DNA of 48,334 bases from Variovorax sp. (GCA_028292835.1 JAQGLP010000109.1:1-48334), one strand, 5' to 3'. Shown: positions 20,901 to 29,096, counted from the stretch's first letter. Notes: a model not told the origin generated them from the letters alone. Numbers and translations: made by a program.

Positions 20901-23900
20901 CGTGAAGAAGCACGGGCCCATCAACGACTTCCGCACCATGACGCGGAAGACCACCGACGAGGACGGCAACCCGGTGGAAACCACCATCCGGGTGTTCAAG
21001 AACAAGCGGCTGCTGCGCGAGGACTACGACCACGCGCTGATGATTTCGCTGGAGCACATTGACGAGGCCGGCAAGATCAAGAAGGCCCCGTTCCTGCGCG
21101 GCCGCACCATTGGCAAGCCGCAGCCGCGCGAGGTCAAGACGGTGGGCGACGCCCTGGCCGTGTCTCTGGACGAAATCGGCCGGCTGGACCTCGAGGACGT
21201 CGCGCAGCGCCTGCGCATCACGAAGGATGAGGCGATCGAGGCGCTGGGCACCAACGTCTACAAGGCCCCCTCCGGCGAGTGGCAGCTGTCGGACGAGTAC
21301 CTGTCCGGTGACGTGGTGGCCAAGCTGGAGGAAGCGCAGACGGCCGCGGCCATCGACCCGAGCCTGGAGCGCAACATCGAGGCCCTCAAGGCAGTTCAGC
21401 CGGACCGCCTGGGCCCATCCCAGATCAGCGTGAAGCTGGGCGCCAGCTGGGTGCCGGCGGAGTATGTGAGCGAGTTCGCCGCCGAAATCGGCGCGGGTGC
21501 CGTGTCGTTCGATGCCAAGACCGAAACCTGGCAGGTCCAGGGCGGCAACGAGCGCAGCGCCCGCCGCGCTGGTGCCGAATATGGCACCGCTGCGCGATCG
21601 CCGGCGGAACTGCTGGAAGCGGCGCTCAACTCCCGCCAGGTGGTGATCAAGACGAAGGACGCCGACAAGAAGGAAATTACCGACGCCGAGGCGACCACCG
21701 CAGCCAACGAAATGCTGCGCAAGATCAAGGACAAGTTCAAGGGCTGGGTCTGGGGCGACACCGAGCGCGCGGCCACGCTGGTGGAAACCTACAACCGCCG
21801 GTTCAACAACATCGCGCCGCGCCGCTTCGACGGCTCGCACCTGACCCTGCCGGGCGTGTCCCTGCGCTTCAAGCTGCACCCGCACCAGCTGCGCGCCATC
21901 TGGCGGCAGATCCAGACCGGCAATACCTACCTGGCGCACGCCGTCGGCGCGGGCAAGACGATCGAAATGATCGCCGGGGGCATGGAGCAAAAGCGGCTCG
22001 GCCTCATCAAGAAGCCGATCTACGTGGTGCCCAACCACATGCTGGAGCAGTTCAGCAACGAGTTCATGGAGCTCTACCCGCTGGCCAACATCATGGTCGC
22101 GGACGATGAGAATTTCTCCGCCGAGCGCCGCAAGGCCTTCATTGCCGCGGCCACCCTCAACGGGCCCGACGCCATCGTCATCACGCACTCTGCATTCGAG
22201 CGCGTGGGGGTCAAGGAGGAAAGCGTCGCCCCGATCCGCGACGAAATCCTGGCCGACCTTGAGAGCGAGCTGGACGACGTGGGCAAGAGCGACCGCGTGC
22301 GCCGCTCCCAGCTGGAGCAGCAGATCGAGGCGGTGACGCAGCGTTTCGACTCGATAGTAGGCATGGGCAAGAAGGACAACGTGGTTGCCTTCGAAGACAT
22401 GGGCGTGGACTTCGTCTACGCCGACGAGGCGCACGCGTACCGCAAGCTCGATTTCACGACGAACCAGAAGATCAAGGGCATCGACCCGTCGGGCAGCCGG
22501 CGCGCCCTGGATATGTACGTGAAAACCCGCGTGCTGAACAAGCGCCAGCCGGGCCGGGCGTTCGTCTTCGCCAGCGGCACGGCCGTGACCAACACCATGG
22601 GCGAGCTCTACACGCTCATGCGGTTCTACGTGCCCGAGGAAATGGACCGCACCGGCATCGCCAGCTTCGACAGCTGGGCGCGCCAGTTCGGCGAGGTCGG
22701 GATTGCCCTGGAGGCCAACGCCGCCGGCCGCTACGAGAACGTCACGCGCTTTTCCAAGTTCGACAACGTGCCCGAGCTTATGAGCCGGGTGCGGCAGTTC
22801 ATGGACGTGCTGACGTCCGAACACCTGGGCTCGCTGGTCAAGCGCCCGGACCTGGAAGGCGGCAAGCCGAACCTGGTCATGGTGGAGGCGACGAAGGCGC
22901 TCAAGAGCTACATGAAGACCGAGCTTTCGCCGCGCATCGAGGTGTCGCGCGCGTGGAAACCCAGCTTCGAACAGCCCTTCAACCCGGACCCGATGCTGGC
23001 GATCATCAGCGACGGCCGGTTCGCCGCGCTGGATCCGCGCTTCTTCGGCGGCAAGCCGGCCGAGGGCGAGACGACGAAGCTGGACGAAATGGCCGACCGG
23101 GTGGTCAAAACCTACCACGCCACGGCCGACAACGTTTACGTCGACAAGGACACGGGCAAGGACGAGCCGGTCAAGGGCGGCACCCAGCTGGTGTTCTTCA
23201 ACCTGGGGTTCGGCGCTGCCAGCATGGCCAACCGCGGCTTCGACGCGCGGGCGCACTTCACGAAACGGCTCACCGCCGGCGGGGTGAAGCGCGATCAGAT
23301 CCTGTGGTTCGATGACGCGAACACGGATGCCAAGAAGGAGGCGATGTTCCAGGCCATGCGCGACGGCAGGGCCCGCATCCTGATCGGCAGCGCCAAGAAG
23401 ATGGGCACGGGCGTGAACGTCCAGAAACGCCTGATCCGCCTGCACTACTTCGACCCGCCGTGGTACCCGGCCGACGTGGAGCAACCGCACGGCCGCATCA
23501 TCCGCCAGGGCAATCAGAACCTGCTGGTGGGCATCGACTGGTACGCCACGAAGGGCGCGTACGACTCGACGATGTGGCAGATGGTCGCGCGCAAGCAGCG
23601 GTTCATCGACCAGGCGTTCAGCGGCGACAAGAACCTGCGCTCCATGGAGGACATGAGCGAGGCGTCGCAGTACGAGCAGGCCGCGGCCATGGCCAGCGGC
23701 GACCCGCGCGCCATCCAGCTGGCCGGCTACAAGCAGGACATCGAGCGGCTGGAGCGGCTGCAGGCCGCGCACGCGAATGAGCAGATTGCCGCGCGCGACG
23801 GGCTGCGGTCGGCCCGCTGGAACATCGACAGTGCACAGAAGCGCATCAAGGCGCTGGAGGCGGCGCAAAAGGCGCTGGGCGGCAACTACTTCCAGTTCAC

Positions 23901-26900
23901 CTCCGGCACCGTCGGCGAGCGCGGCTACGACAAGCTCGGCGAGTTTGGCCAAGCGCTGAAAGACCTGTTCAACAAGGCCTCCAAGAAGGCCGCGCAGGAC
24001 GAATGCCAGAGCGAGCGGGCGATTCCGCTGGGCAAGATGGGCCCTGTGCAGGTGGTGGGCTACCCGGCCTACTACGGCACCAAGGATCCGGAGTTCAAGG
24101 GCGTGGAGCTCTTCGCAGTGGTGGGTGAGGAAAAGGTGCACCTGCTGACGGCCACGGAGCTGGGGGCTGACGCCGACCCGGTGGGCCTGGGCCGGCGGGT
24201 GGTGAACGCGGCCAACAGCATCAGCCGCGACCTGGACACCGAGCGCAAGCGCCTGACGGACAACGAGGCGGACGAGCGGCGCCTGAACAAGAAGCTGGGC
24301 GTTCCGTTCGAACACCAGCAGGACATGCTGGAGAAGAACGCCGCGCTCAAGCAGCTGGAGGACGAACTGCGCGCCGAGGGCGAGGCGGAAGCAGCGGCCC
24401 AGAAGGCGCACACAACGGCCGCCAAGCCGGTGGTCATCAAGGAGGATGGCAGCGACGGTGCACCAAGCGGCGACGAGGGCGGCCAGTTCGCCCGCGGCGA
24501 CGTCCTGCCCAGCGGCCTGACCATCGAAGAGGCCCGCGCCGTGCTGCATCGCATGCGCGGGGCCGGCGTTGAGGCAGTGCAGCAGGCGGTAGATGAACTA
24601 GCCGCTGACTGGAAAGACCGGCCACCGATCAAAGTGGTTGCGAGCTATCGCGACTTGCCTGGAGGTGGGAAACCGGGTGACCGCGGCATGCACATGGGCG
24701 GTCGAATCTGGATCGTAGCCGACGGGCATCGCGCCAGCATGGATCTGACCCAGCGCGTAGGAAAAACGCTGGCGCACGAAGCTGTAGCGCACTACGGCCT
24801 GCGCCAGATGCTGGGCGACGACTTCGACAGGCTGCTGACGAACCCCATGCGGCTCGCCACCGCTTCGGGCAACAAGGCGATGATCAAGCTGCGCGACTGG
24901 GTGCGGGAGCACTACAAAAACGGTGACGGCTCATACACACTCACTGCGCGCGACGAAGTGGAGGAAATGGCCGCTCGCGCCGTGGAGCAAGCCGTCGACG
25001 CCGATGGCCGCTTTCGGCCAGGGTTCGGCTGGCTCAAGGCCATGTGGGCAAGCGTGCGGCAGTTCCTCCGGAGCATCTGGCCGAAGCTGGAATTCACGGA
25101 CGCTGAACTGCACGGCATGCTGGTGCTGTCCATGCGCGGCCTCGAGCGCGGCGAGAAGTTCGCTGGCACCGCCCAGCCGCTGGCGCGGGCGATGGCCGAA
25201 AAGGATAGCCAGTTCGCTCGCCGCCCGGATGTCCAGGCCCGCGGCGCAGCACCTCAAGGCGGCGCGCGCGAGCTTGGAGTCCCGCGCGGGGTGCCGGAAA
25301 TCACCAGCATGCGCAACACCGACGCATTGAAAGCTCACCCGGATTACGCGGCGGCAAAGGCCGGCCATCCGGCGGCCGCGGTGCGCGTGGTCACGGATCT
25401 TGTGCAACCCGAGCAGATCGAAGCGGCCCAAGCCATCGGGCCGGCCGTGTGGGTGTTCCCGCACGCCGAAGAAGCCAGCGGCCGCAACGCCATCCCCGCG
25501 ATGCTCGCCGCCAGGTACGCAAGCGCCACCGGCGGCACCATCGACGAGGAAATCGTCCAAGCCAATCGGGTCTTTCACACCGGGGCCCCGGCGATGCAAC
25601 GGCTGATCGCACCGGCGCGTTTCCAGGGTGACGTGGTGCCCGGGGCCAGGTACGTGCTGGTGGACGACGTCACCACCATGGGCGGCACCTTGGCGGACCT
25701 GGCCAACCACATCCGCACCGGCGGCGGTGAAGTCGTAGGAGTGGTGACCTTGGCGAACGCGAGCCGCACGCCTACAATGACCCCCACCCCGCAGCAGATT
25801 GCCGAGATTCAGCGCCGCTATGGTCAAACTCTCCGAGAAAGTCTCAAGGTCGAACCCGGCGCCCTCACCAGCGCCGAGGCAAGCTACGTCCTTGGCTTCC
25901 GAGACGCTGACTCACTCAGAGCTCGTGCAGCTAAGGCAGAACAAGAAAGAGCTGATCGCCTTCGGGCAAAAGGCCTTTCCCCCGGTCAAGAAGGCGTAGC
26001 CGAGGACGGCGGCTCGGGGCAGTTCGCCCGTGGGCAGGACGAGCCCCCCATCGGCGGCTGGCAGGCGCCGGAGGCGACCGTCACCGATCGCGTGATCTAC
26101 GAGCTGCAGGACAGCCGCATCGACTTGAAGCGGGTCCAGGAAGCGATCGGCAAGGCCGGCCGCGAGATCCAGCAGCGTTTCGACGCCCGCCTGGCCGAAA
26201 CCCTGTTCCCGGGCCGGGTGGCGCGGCGCGCCGAAACCTTCCTGAACCGCGAGGCCAAGCCGCTGCTGAAAGCCATGGCGCGCATCGGCGCGAGCCTGGA
26301 CGAGGTGGGCGACTACCTGCTGGCGCGCCACGCGCCAGAGCGCAACGAGCAGATTGCCAAGGTGAACCCCGACCTGCCCGACGGCGGCGCCGGCAGCAAC
26401 AGCAAGGGCGAACTGATGACCACGCAGGCCGCGCGCGACTATCTCGACGCCATCCCGCCGCAGCGCCGCGCGCTCCTGGAGGAACTGGCCACCTACGTGG
26501 ACCGCATCACCGCCGGCACGCGCGACCTGCTGGTGGCTGAGGGGCTGGAAAAGCGCCGCACCATCGACGCATGGGGCGCGGCGTACAAGCACTATGTCCC
26601 CCTGTTCAAGGACGAGGCCGAAGACGGCGGCGCGCCGCACTCGCAGGGGCAGGGCTTCAACGTCCGGGGCCCGGCCAGCAAGCGCGCCACCGGATCCACC
26701 AAGGAAGTCACGAACGTCCTGGCGCACGTGTTCATGCAGCGCGAGGCCGCGATCGCCCGGGCGGAGAAGAACCGGGTGGGCCTGGCGCTGTACGGGCTGG
26801 CCATGACGCATCCCAACCCGGATTTCTGGACGACGATCAAGCCTGGCATGCCGGAAGGGATGATCACGCGCGAGCTCCAGCGGTTCGGGGTGGACCCGAT

Positions 26901-28842
26901 GCTCGCGCGCGCCGGCATGAGCTTCGCGCCGACCATCCGAGACGTGAGCGACGTAACCGGGGAGGTGGTGGACCGGCCGAACCCGCTCTACAAGAGCCTG
27001 CCCGGGGCGATCGTCCTTCGCCTGAACGGCGAGGACCGGGTGCTGATGCTCAACACGCAGGATCCGCGCGCCGCCAGGTTGGCCGCCGACCTGAAGAACC
27101 TCGACGGGCTGACGAAGCTGGACCTGGCCGGCTCGATCGTGGGCAAGTCGACACGCTGGCTGGCGGCGGTCAATACCCAGTACAACCCGGCTTTCGGGCT
27201 GGCCAACCTCACGCGCGACACCTGGGGCGGGCTGGTCAATCTGGGCAGCACCCAGCTGCGCGGCCGCTCGCTACAGGTGCTGTCGCACGTGCCTGCGGCC
27301 ATGAAAGGCATCACGCAGGCGCTGGCCACCGACGAGCGCAGCCGCAACGACTGGGCCAAGTTGTGGGTGCAGTTCCAGGACGACGGCGGCCGCACCGGCT
27401 GGCGCGAGAACTTCCGCGACCCGAACGAGCGCGCGCATGCGATCGAGAAGGCGCTGCTGGACGCCGAGCGCAACGGGGCCCTCAGCCCTAAGAAGCTGGC
27501 TTCGAGCGCGCTGGGCCTGCTGGACGGCTTCAACACCGTGCTGGAGAACGCGGTGCGCCTGGCCGCGTACAAGACGGCCCTGGAGCGCGGCATTGCCCGC
27601 CCGGAGGCTGCCCGGCTGGCGCGCGAGCTCACGGTGGACTTCAACCGCAAGGGCCGCAGCACCCGCGAGCTGTCGCCGCTGTATGCGTTCTTCAACGCCA
27701 GCGTGCAGGGCAGCGCCCGCACCGTGGAAGCCTTGAAGGGACCGACCGGCAAGGCGATCATCGCCGGCGGCCTCACGCTGGGCGTCATCCAGGCCCTGCT
27801 GCTGCTGATGGCGGACTACGAGGACGACGAGATCCCTGACTTCATCCAGTCCCGGGCGCTCATCATCCCGCTGCCGCGCGACGACAAGGGCGGCAAGCGG
27901 TATGTGACCGTGCCGTACCCGCTGGGCCTGCACGTGCTGCCCAACACCGGCCGGGTGCTCACCCAGCTGGGGCTGAGCGGCGGCAAGGATCTGGGCAAGC
28001 GGCTGGTGGGGGCCATAGGCGAGATTGCGTCGGCTTTCAACCCGCTCGGCGGCGGCGACATCTTCACCGCCCACGGCATCTTGACCACTGCGGCGCCGAC
28101 GCTGGTGGATCCGATTGTGGATATTGGCTTCAACCGCAACTTCGCCGGCCTGCCGATCGAGCGCGAACAGCGCGGCGAGCGAGACACCCGCCCGGGCTAC
28201 CAGCGCGCCCGTGAGGGCACGCAGCGCAGCCTCACCGGCCAAGCGTACATCGGCATCAGCCGCATCCTGAACAAGGCCACCGGTGGCACCGCCTACGAGG
28301 CTGGGAAGGCCAGCCCGACGCCTGAGCGTCTTCGCTACTACGCCGAAACCGTCGGCGGGGGCGTGGTGCGCGAGCTGGAGAAGGCGATCGACAGCAGCCA
28401 CAAGGCGGCCGTGGGCGACAAGGTGAAGCCCAACGGCGTCCCGATCATCGGTCGGTTCTATGGCGAAGTCGACGTGGACCAGGTGACGCAAAAGCGGTAC
28501 TACCAGCGCGGCGGCAGCATCGACAAGGTGCAAAACAGCATGCGGGCGGCCAAGGCGGCGGGCGACGGCGAGGCGATGGACCGGATCGCCGAGGAAAACC
28601 CGGTGCAGGCGGCGCTGATCCAGTCGCACGACAAGGTGCAGCGCCAGCTCTCCAAGCTCAACAAGTTGGCTGCCACCACGGTGGACGATCGCGAAATGAT
28701 GCGTGACGTAGACGCGGCGCGGGTGGAAACCATGCGGGGGCTCAACGAAGCGTTTGAAGAGCTGGAGCGCGCCGACCGGCCGCCGACGCCAGGGGAGCGG
28801 CTGAAAAAGGCTCTGGGGCGCGAGGCAGTTCCGGTGCCGTGA
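14923..28842 (+). CDS. giant DarB-like polyvalent virion protein (iPPase-like, N6-adenine MTase, SNF2 helicase, metallopeptidase, PRTase, LPD38-like)
   Basis: 4639 aa; iPPase-like block about 16970-17425 (TVENPA..YGYIKRT..DVFV..FDEHK); MTase ILEPGVGTG at 19858 and NPPF at 20059; Walker A AHAVGAGKT at 21934, DEAH at 22423, QPHGRIIRQGN at 23482; HEAVAH at 24775; VLVDDVTTMGGTL at 25654; TVDFNRKG/YAFFNASVQG C-terminal block. Confidence 0.9.
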   Translation: MADNFWEQDTPASKDAFWEDDQPAAKTELPEGVKASTAGAGRGGRDDPRRLDRAAPPAPPAGPRAPLELEVTATGSTPASTNTTASVTRTRSGGSIVENTPGGFPVPEPRLTERQVQENARLSSRRTAETTPQITDAPRPQVSEGKFRPQDSAVEGLGLEVGDSNPLVRIAGKAVGQGAEALGGVVRAAGDLTGAGSVARFGANAAKNASQFQESMGKARVGADVFNPAGPAGYLADQAENAGASLANSYGLARAFGAKAVIPLMSLQDAGSYYNEARNAGKDPLTALALAVPHGTFEAVGEKFTGTAKAMDALRVMMSRGAPKKALQDAGAVLMEAGVKEIPGEWITYLGQTALDVMPGVGIKPNMTTGEFVQGLIDTTVQAAMMGGMVGGGGAIATARAGGGARPQKTPEMLAREKGFLVQEEQVKRLNAAGEKEVARGMQQQVDSQRAETELEALADKPWAQDEGFQQRYRQLRTEGKKPAEAAARSAMSSAYAHIGELVGLHPKAFQKATELAATMPMEKVPGFFERFTANLVKKGMAGTVPGGTIDGAVAGVRDDAVQSTLAGVYGEDPNPAAAGILELEGSNAGTAGGHEEPGAAAGAGDGHDSVGGGAGATVGGPAQGGEPAAPADTTGAVAPPAGQAAGDGQQDAPTVARAGRSPLHDEDLTPNEHGAHQAAASPLNDKPEPTKAQILAGNATMGHMKVGGLGVTVENPADSVREDKHNEPPKWRTPMQHGYHYGYIKRTEAADSTEAKRQGIDVFVKEGTPEDYAGPVFVVDQVSAPGKFDEHKALIGPGSEAEARADYLKHYSPGWQGLGAITEMSMPDFKKWVREGKKADPAGQLDAPDAPDAAPASAPAAAAEAPPPVAPLRLGKMPTNAEPVTVHGGVVHIGRYEAVDFDSGEPVTVPEGATDAQIKAALQKAGAIAKGAKFFGGAKDPAQNPAAPNTPQSAPSAQAPSAATTGGKADNPRPDGKPAETAPNEASPSQVWNGTPPPQREAFVLEAGWKKGSPKTKELLQLTWRELTAVQKEKVAAAITKLAKVPAPTVDAPLDTPAEQSAEQRHADARAIGRSAGERGDPRDPPVAFTSTQKQLWRAGWDDSKRTKVTPQVPPVGATAAPASKPKKQTKAEAEQQAFRARLADYFQPGAIVKSYYGHDRVLALELDAPHGWRVQVVSVIKKDGEWIDAPKEQPRWHSTTPDPKAQPVVRPAPAAATPAPTSAPTVTMDKAEIRPYRKPDGSVGYEAVPIEAPASAPLPVAAPAAARPSPPAPAAVDKPAPVVSANKVFTDDAAAAARARLKAKLGRLNSGLDPETMLDGITLAGYHIEKGARTFAAYAQAMLGDLGDAVRPYLKSWYMGVKYDPRSAAFSGEMSTGAFVEEFDVAAIATPAGPSEAPEVETEAQPAHTGATDDSTPATEPPADDRQLAPIEPRPGSGETAVRRGAAAQDAQPGRADDGGVRQPDQPDAVADDGAQRLGDGGSDGGVPDQGAGNLERSRERLLAGDYRAPAGSLTREGSWLTTARRNVDLIELALKIEAEKRPATTEEQAQLAKYVGFGASEIRNKLFPVPHQYARQQEPDRLIWPNLVYEASWKQLAERMDKLPREWQKSVLQSTQYAHYTSEGIVRATWAAVQRLGFTGGKILEPGVGTGNFAMAMPESMRRPKGYTGIEMDGPTALIARLLSPAQNMLHEDFIKRKLPRDFFDLAIGNPPFSQTKILGDPDYEKFGFMLHDFFFAKTIDRVRPGGLLVFVTSKGTMDKQTDRARKYLADRADLLGAIRLPSTAFEANAGTSVVADVLFLRKREAGAEPAGHKWTDVATVETKDGPVVINEYFAANPAMVLGQNRISGGQDDEGRRINSNGRGGEKYTVVSYDKTPEELDAKFAEAVKLLPENVYSTLKASAARVKEETRRVDYDPKVKREGVVYIDGKQLMRVESGVGRELQLSEKDAQWMRSYVGLRDLVQTARQLQADDGTWEPALAALNKAYDAFVKKHGPINDFRTMTRKTTDEDGNPVETTIRVFKNKRLLREDYDHALMISLEHIDEAGKIKKAPFLRGRTIGKPQPREVKTVGDALAVSLDEIGRLDLEDVAQRLRITKDEAIEALGTNVYKAPSGEWQLSDEYLSGDVVAKLEEAQTAAAIDPSLERNIEALKAVQPDRLGPSQISVKLGASWVPAEYVSEFAAEIGAGAVSFDAKTETWQVQGGNERSARRAGAEYGTAARSPAELLEAALNSRQVVIKTKDADKKEITDAEATTAANEMLRKIKDKFKGWVWGDTERAATLVETYNRRFNNIAPRRFDGSHLTLPGVSLRFKLHPHQLRAIWRQIQTGNTYLAHAVGAGKTIEMIAGGMEQKRLGLIKKPIYVVPNHMLEQFSNEFMELYPLANIMVADDENFSAERRKAFIAAATLNGPDAIVITHSAFERVGVKEESVAPIRDEILADLESELDDVGKSDRVRRSQLEQQIEAVTQRFDSIVGMGKKDNVVAFEDMGVDFVYADEAHAYRKLDFTTNQKIKGIDPSGSRRALDMYVKTRVLNKRQPGRAFVFASGTAVTNTMGELYTLMRFYVPEEMDRTGIASFDSWARQFGEVGIALEANAAGRYENVTRFSKFDNVPELMSRVRQFMDVLTSEHLGSLVKRPDLEGGKPNLVMVEATKALKSYMKTELSPRIEVSRAWKPSFEQPFNPDPMLAIISDGRFAALDPRFFGGKPAEGETTKLDEMADRVVKTYHATADNVYVDKDTGKDEPVKGGTQLVFFNLGFGAASMANRGFDARAHFTKRLTAGGVKRDQILWFDDANTDAKKEAMFQAMRDGRARILIGSAKKMGTGVNVQKRLIRLHYFDPPWYPADVEQPHGRIIRQGNQNLLVGIDWYATKGAYDSTMWQMVARKQRFIDQAFSGDKNLRSMEDMSEASQYEQAAAMASGDPRAIQLAGYKQDIERLERLQAAHANEQIAARDGLRSARWNIDSAQKRIKALEAAQKALGGNYFQFTSGTVGERGYDKLGEFGQALKDLFNKASKKAAQDECQSERAIPLGKMGPVQVVGYPAYYGTKDPEFKGVELFAVVGEEKVHLLTATELGADADPVGLGRRVVNAANSISRDLDTERKRLTDNEADERRLNKKLGVPFEHQQDMLEKNAALKQLEDELRAEGEAEAAAQKAHTTAAKPVVIKEDGSDGAPSGDEGGQFARGDVLPSGLTIEEARAVLHRMRGAGVEAVQQAVDELAADWKDRPPIKVVASYRDLPGGGKPGDRGMHMGGRIWIVADGHRASMDLTQRVGKTLAHEAVAHYGLRQMLGDDFDRLLTNPMRLATASGNKAMIKLRDWVREHYKNGDGSYTLTARDEVEEMAARAVEQAVDADGRFRPGFGWLKAMWASVRQFLRSIWPKLEFTDAELHGMLVLSMRGLERGEKFAGTAQPLARAMAEKDSQFARRPDVQARGAAPQGGARELGVPRGVPEITSMRNTDALKAHPDYAAAKAGHPAAAVRVVTDLVQPEQIEAAQAIGPAVWVFPHAEEASGRNAIPAMLAARYASATGGTIDEEIVQANRVFHTGAPAMQRLIAPARFQGDVVPGARYVLVDDVTTMGGTLADLANHIRTGGGEVVGVVTLANASRTPTMTPTPQQIAEIQRRYGQTLRESLKVEPGALTSAEASYVLGFRDADSLRARAAKAEQERADRLRAKGLSPGQEGVAEDGGSGQFARGQDEPPIGGWQAPEATVTDRVIYELQDSRIDLKRVQEAIGKAGREIQQRFDARLAETLFPGRVARRAETFLNREAKPLLKAMARIGASLDEVGDYLLARHAPERNEQIAKVNPDLPDGGAGSNSKGELMTTQAARDYLDAIPPQRRALLEELATYVDRITAGTRDLLVAEGLEKRRTIDAWGAAYKHYVPLFKDEAEDGGAPHSQGQGFNVRGPASKRATGSTKEVTNVLAHVFMQREAAIARAEKNRVGLALYGLAMTHPNPDFWTTIKPGMPEGMITRELQRFGVDPMLARAGMSFAPTIRDVSDVTGEVVDRPNPLYKSLPGAIVLRLNGEDRVLMLNTQDPRAARLAADLKNLDGLTKLDLAGSIVGKSTRWLAAVNTQYNPAFGLANLTRDTWGGLVNLGSTQLRGRSLQVLSHVPAAMKGITQALATDERSRNDWAKLWVQFQDDGGRTGWRENFRDPNERAHAIEKALLDAERNGALSPKKLASSALGLLDGFNTVLENAVRLAAYKTALERGIARPEAARLARELTVDFNRKGRSTRELSPLYAFFNASVQGSARTVEALKGPTGKAIIAGGLTLGVIQALLLLMADYEDDEIPDFIQSRALIIPLPRDDKGGKRYVTVPYPLGLHVLPNTGRVLTQLGLSGGKDLGKRLVGAIGEIASAFNPLGGGDIFTAHGILTTAAPTLVDPIVDIGFNRNFAGLPIEREQRGERDTRPGYQRAREGTQRSLTGQAYIGISRILNKATGGTAYEAGKASPTPERLRYYAETVGGGVVRELEKAIDSSHKAAVGDKVKPNGVPIIGRFYGEVDVDQVTQKRYYQRGGSIDKVQNSMRAAKAAGDGEAMDRIAEENPVQAALIQSHDKVQRQLSKLNKLAATTVDDREMMRDVDAARVETMRGLNEAFEELERADRPPTPGERLKKALGREAVPVP
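16685..16891 (+). CDS. nested (+1 frame) 68-aa basic protein inside the DarB-like gene
   Basis: GGAGG at 16674-16678 before ATG 16685; nested-frame codons almost all end in G/C while the DarB frame becomes A/T-ending and low complexity. Confidence 0.6.
   Translation: MRVLLVGTKSLALRLALATATIQSVVVQELPSGAQPKAASQRHQPTRPVPSRRQLAKQQAMASKMRRR
19166..19471 (+). CDS. nested (+1 frame) 101-aa helical protein inside the DarB-like gene, possibly TnpV-like
   Basis: GGAG at 19156-19159 before ATG 19166; strong GC3 bias in the nested frame; globular helical composition; ends where the MTase module begins. Confidence 0.7.
   Translation: MIPPLQPSRLRMIASWLQSNPDPEAEKPLSDGALLRKTHSLDEQMMEAFDSRTSLMQSQMMERNDWGTEEATAAFRTRELEIWNAVVSDFLPETTELPPEA
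25820..25999 (+). CDS. nested (+1 frame) 59-aa protein overlapping the end of the PRTase module
   Basis: ORF ending SETLTHSELVQLRQNKKELIAFGQKAF; DarB-frame codons become A/T-ending at 25900-25980; weak RBS. Confidence 0.5.
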   Translation: MVKLSEKVSRSNPAPSPAPRQATSLASETLTHSELVQLRQNKKELIAFGQKAFPPVKKA

Positions 28843-28886
28843 CTACTGGATATTGGGCAAATGCCTAATACTTTGCCCAACAAGCC

Positions 28887-28921
28887 AAAAGAAAAGGGGC
28901 TACGTTCGCACGTAACCCCTT
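28887..28921 (-). terminator. rho-independent terminator downstream of the tRNA 3' fragment
   Basis: Minus strand AAGGGGTTACG-TGCGAA-CGTAGCCCCTT followed by TTCTTTT. Confidence 0.75.
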
Positions 28922-28929
28922 GATTTATA

Positions 28930-28974
28930 TGGCTCCTCGACCTGGGCTCGAACCAGGGACCTACGGATTAACAG
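28930..28974 (-). tRNA. 3' fragment of tRNA-Asn(GTT) serving as att core; not a complete tRNA
   Basis: Minus strand CTGTTAATCCGTAGGTCCCTGGTTCGAGCCCAGGTCGAGGAGCCA: anticodon loop GTT, T-arm GTTCGA, CCA end; no 5' half or D-arm present. Confidence 0.9.
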
Positions 28975-29096
28975 CCCGCGAGTCAAATCGGCCGCAAACC
29001 CGCATGGATGCTCGATTGACGGGGTTTCATTGCCTAATAAAAACGGGCCGGACCGCTCACGAATCATGTGGCTTTGCGACCGGTTCGTACTGGATA

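Noticed and set aside
18778-24549. 1923-aa minus-strand ORF and other long antisense ORFs (e.g. 6529-9381, 38693-41119)
   Set aside because: Shadow frames of GC3-rich genes; no motifs or RBS, and composition typical of antisense translation
25229-25330. Possible fourth nested +1 ORF (MSRPAAQHLKAARASLES..., 33 aa)
   Set aside because: No SD, GC3 bias only in the first half, and very short; at most a remnant
28930-28974. Functional phage tRNA-Asn gene
   Set aside because: Only the 3' half is present; similarity ends at the anticodon loop, which fits an att core
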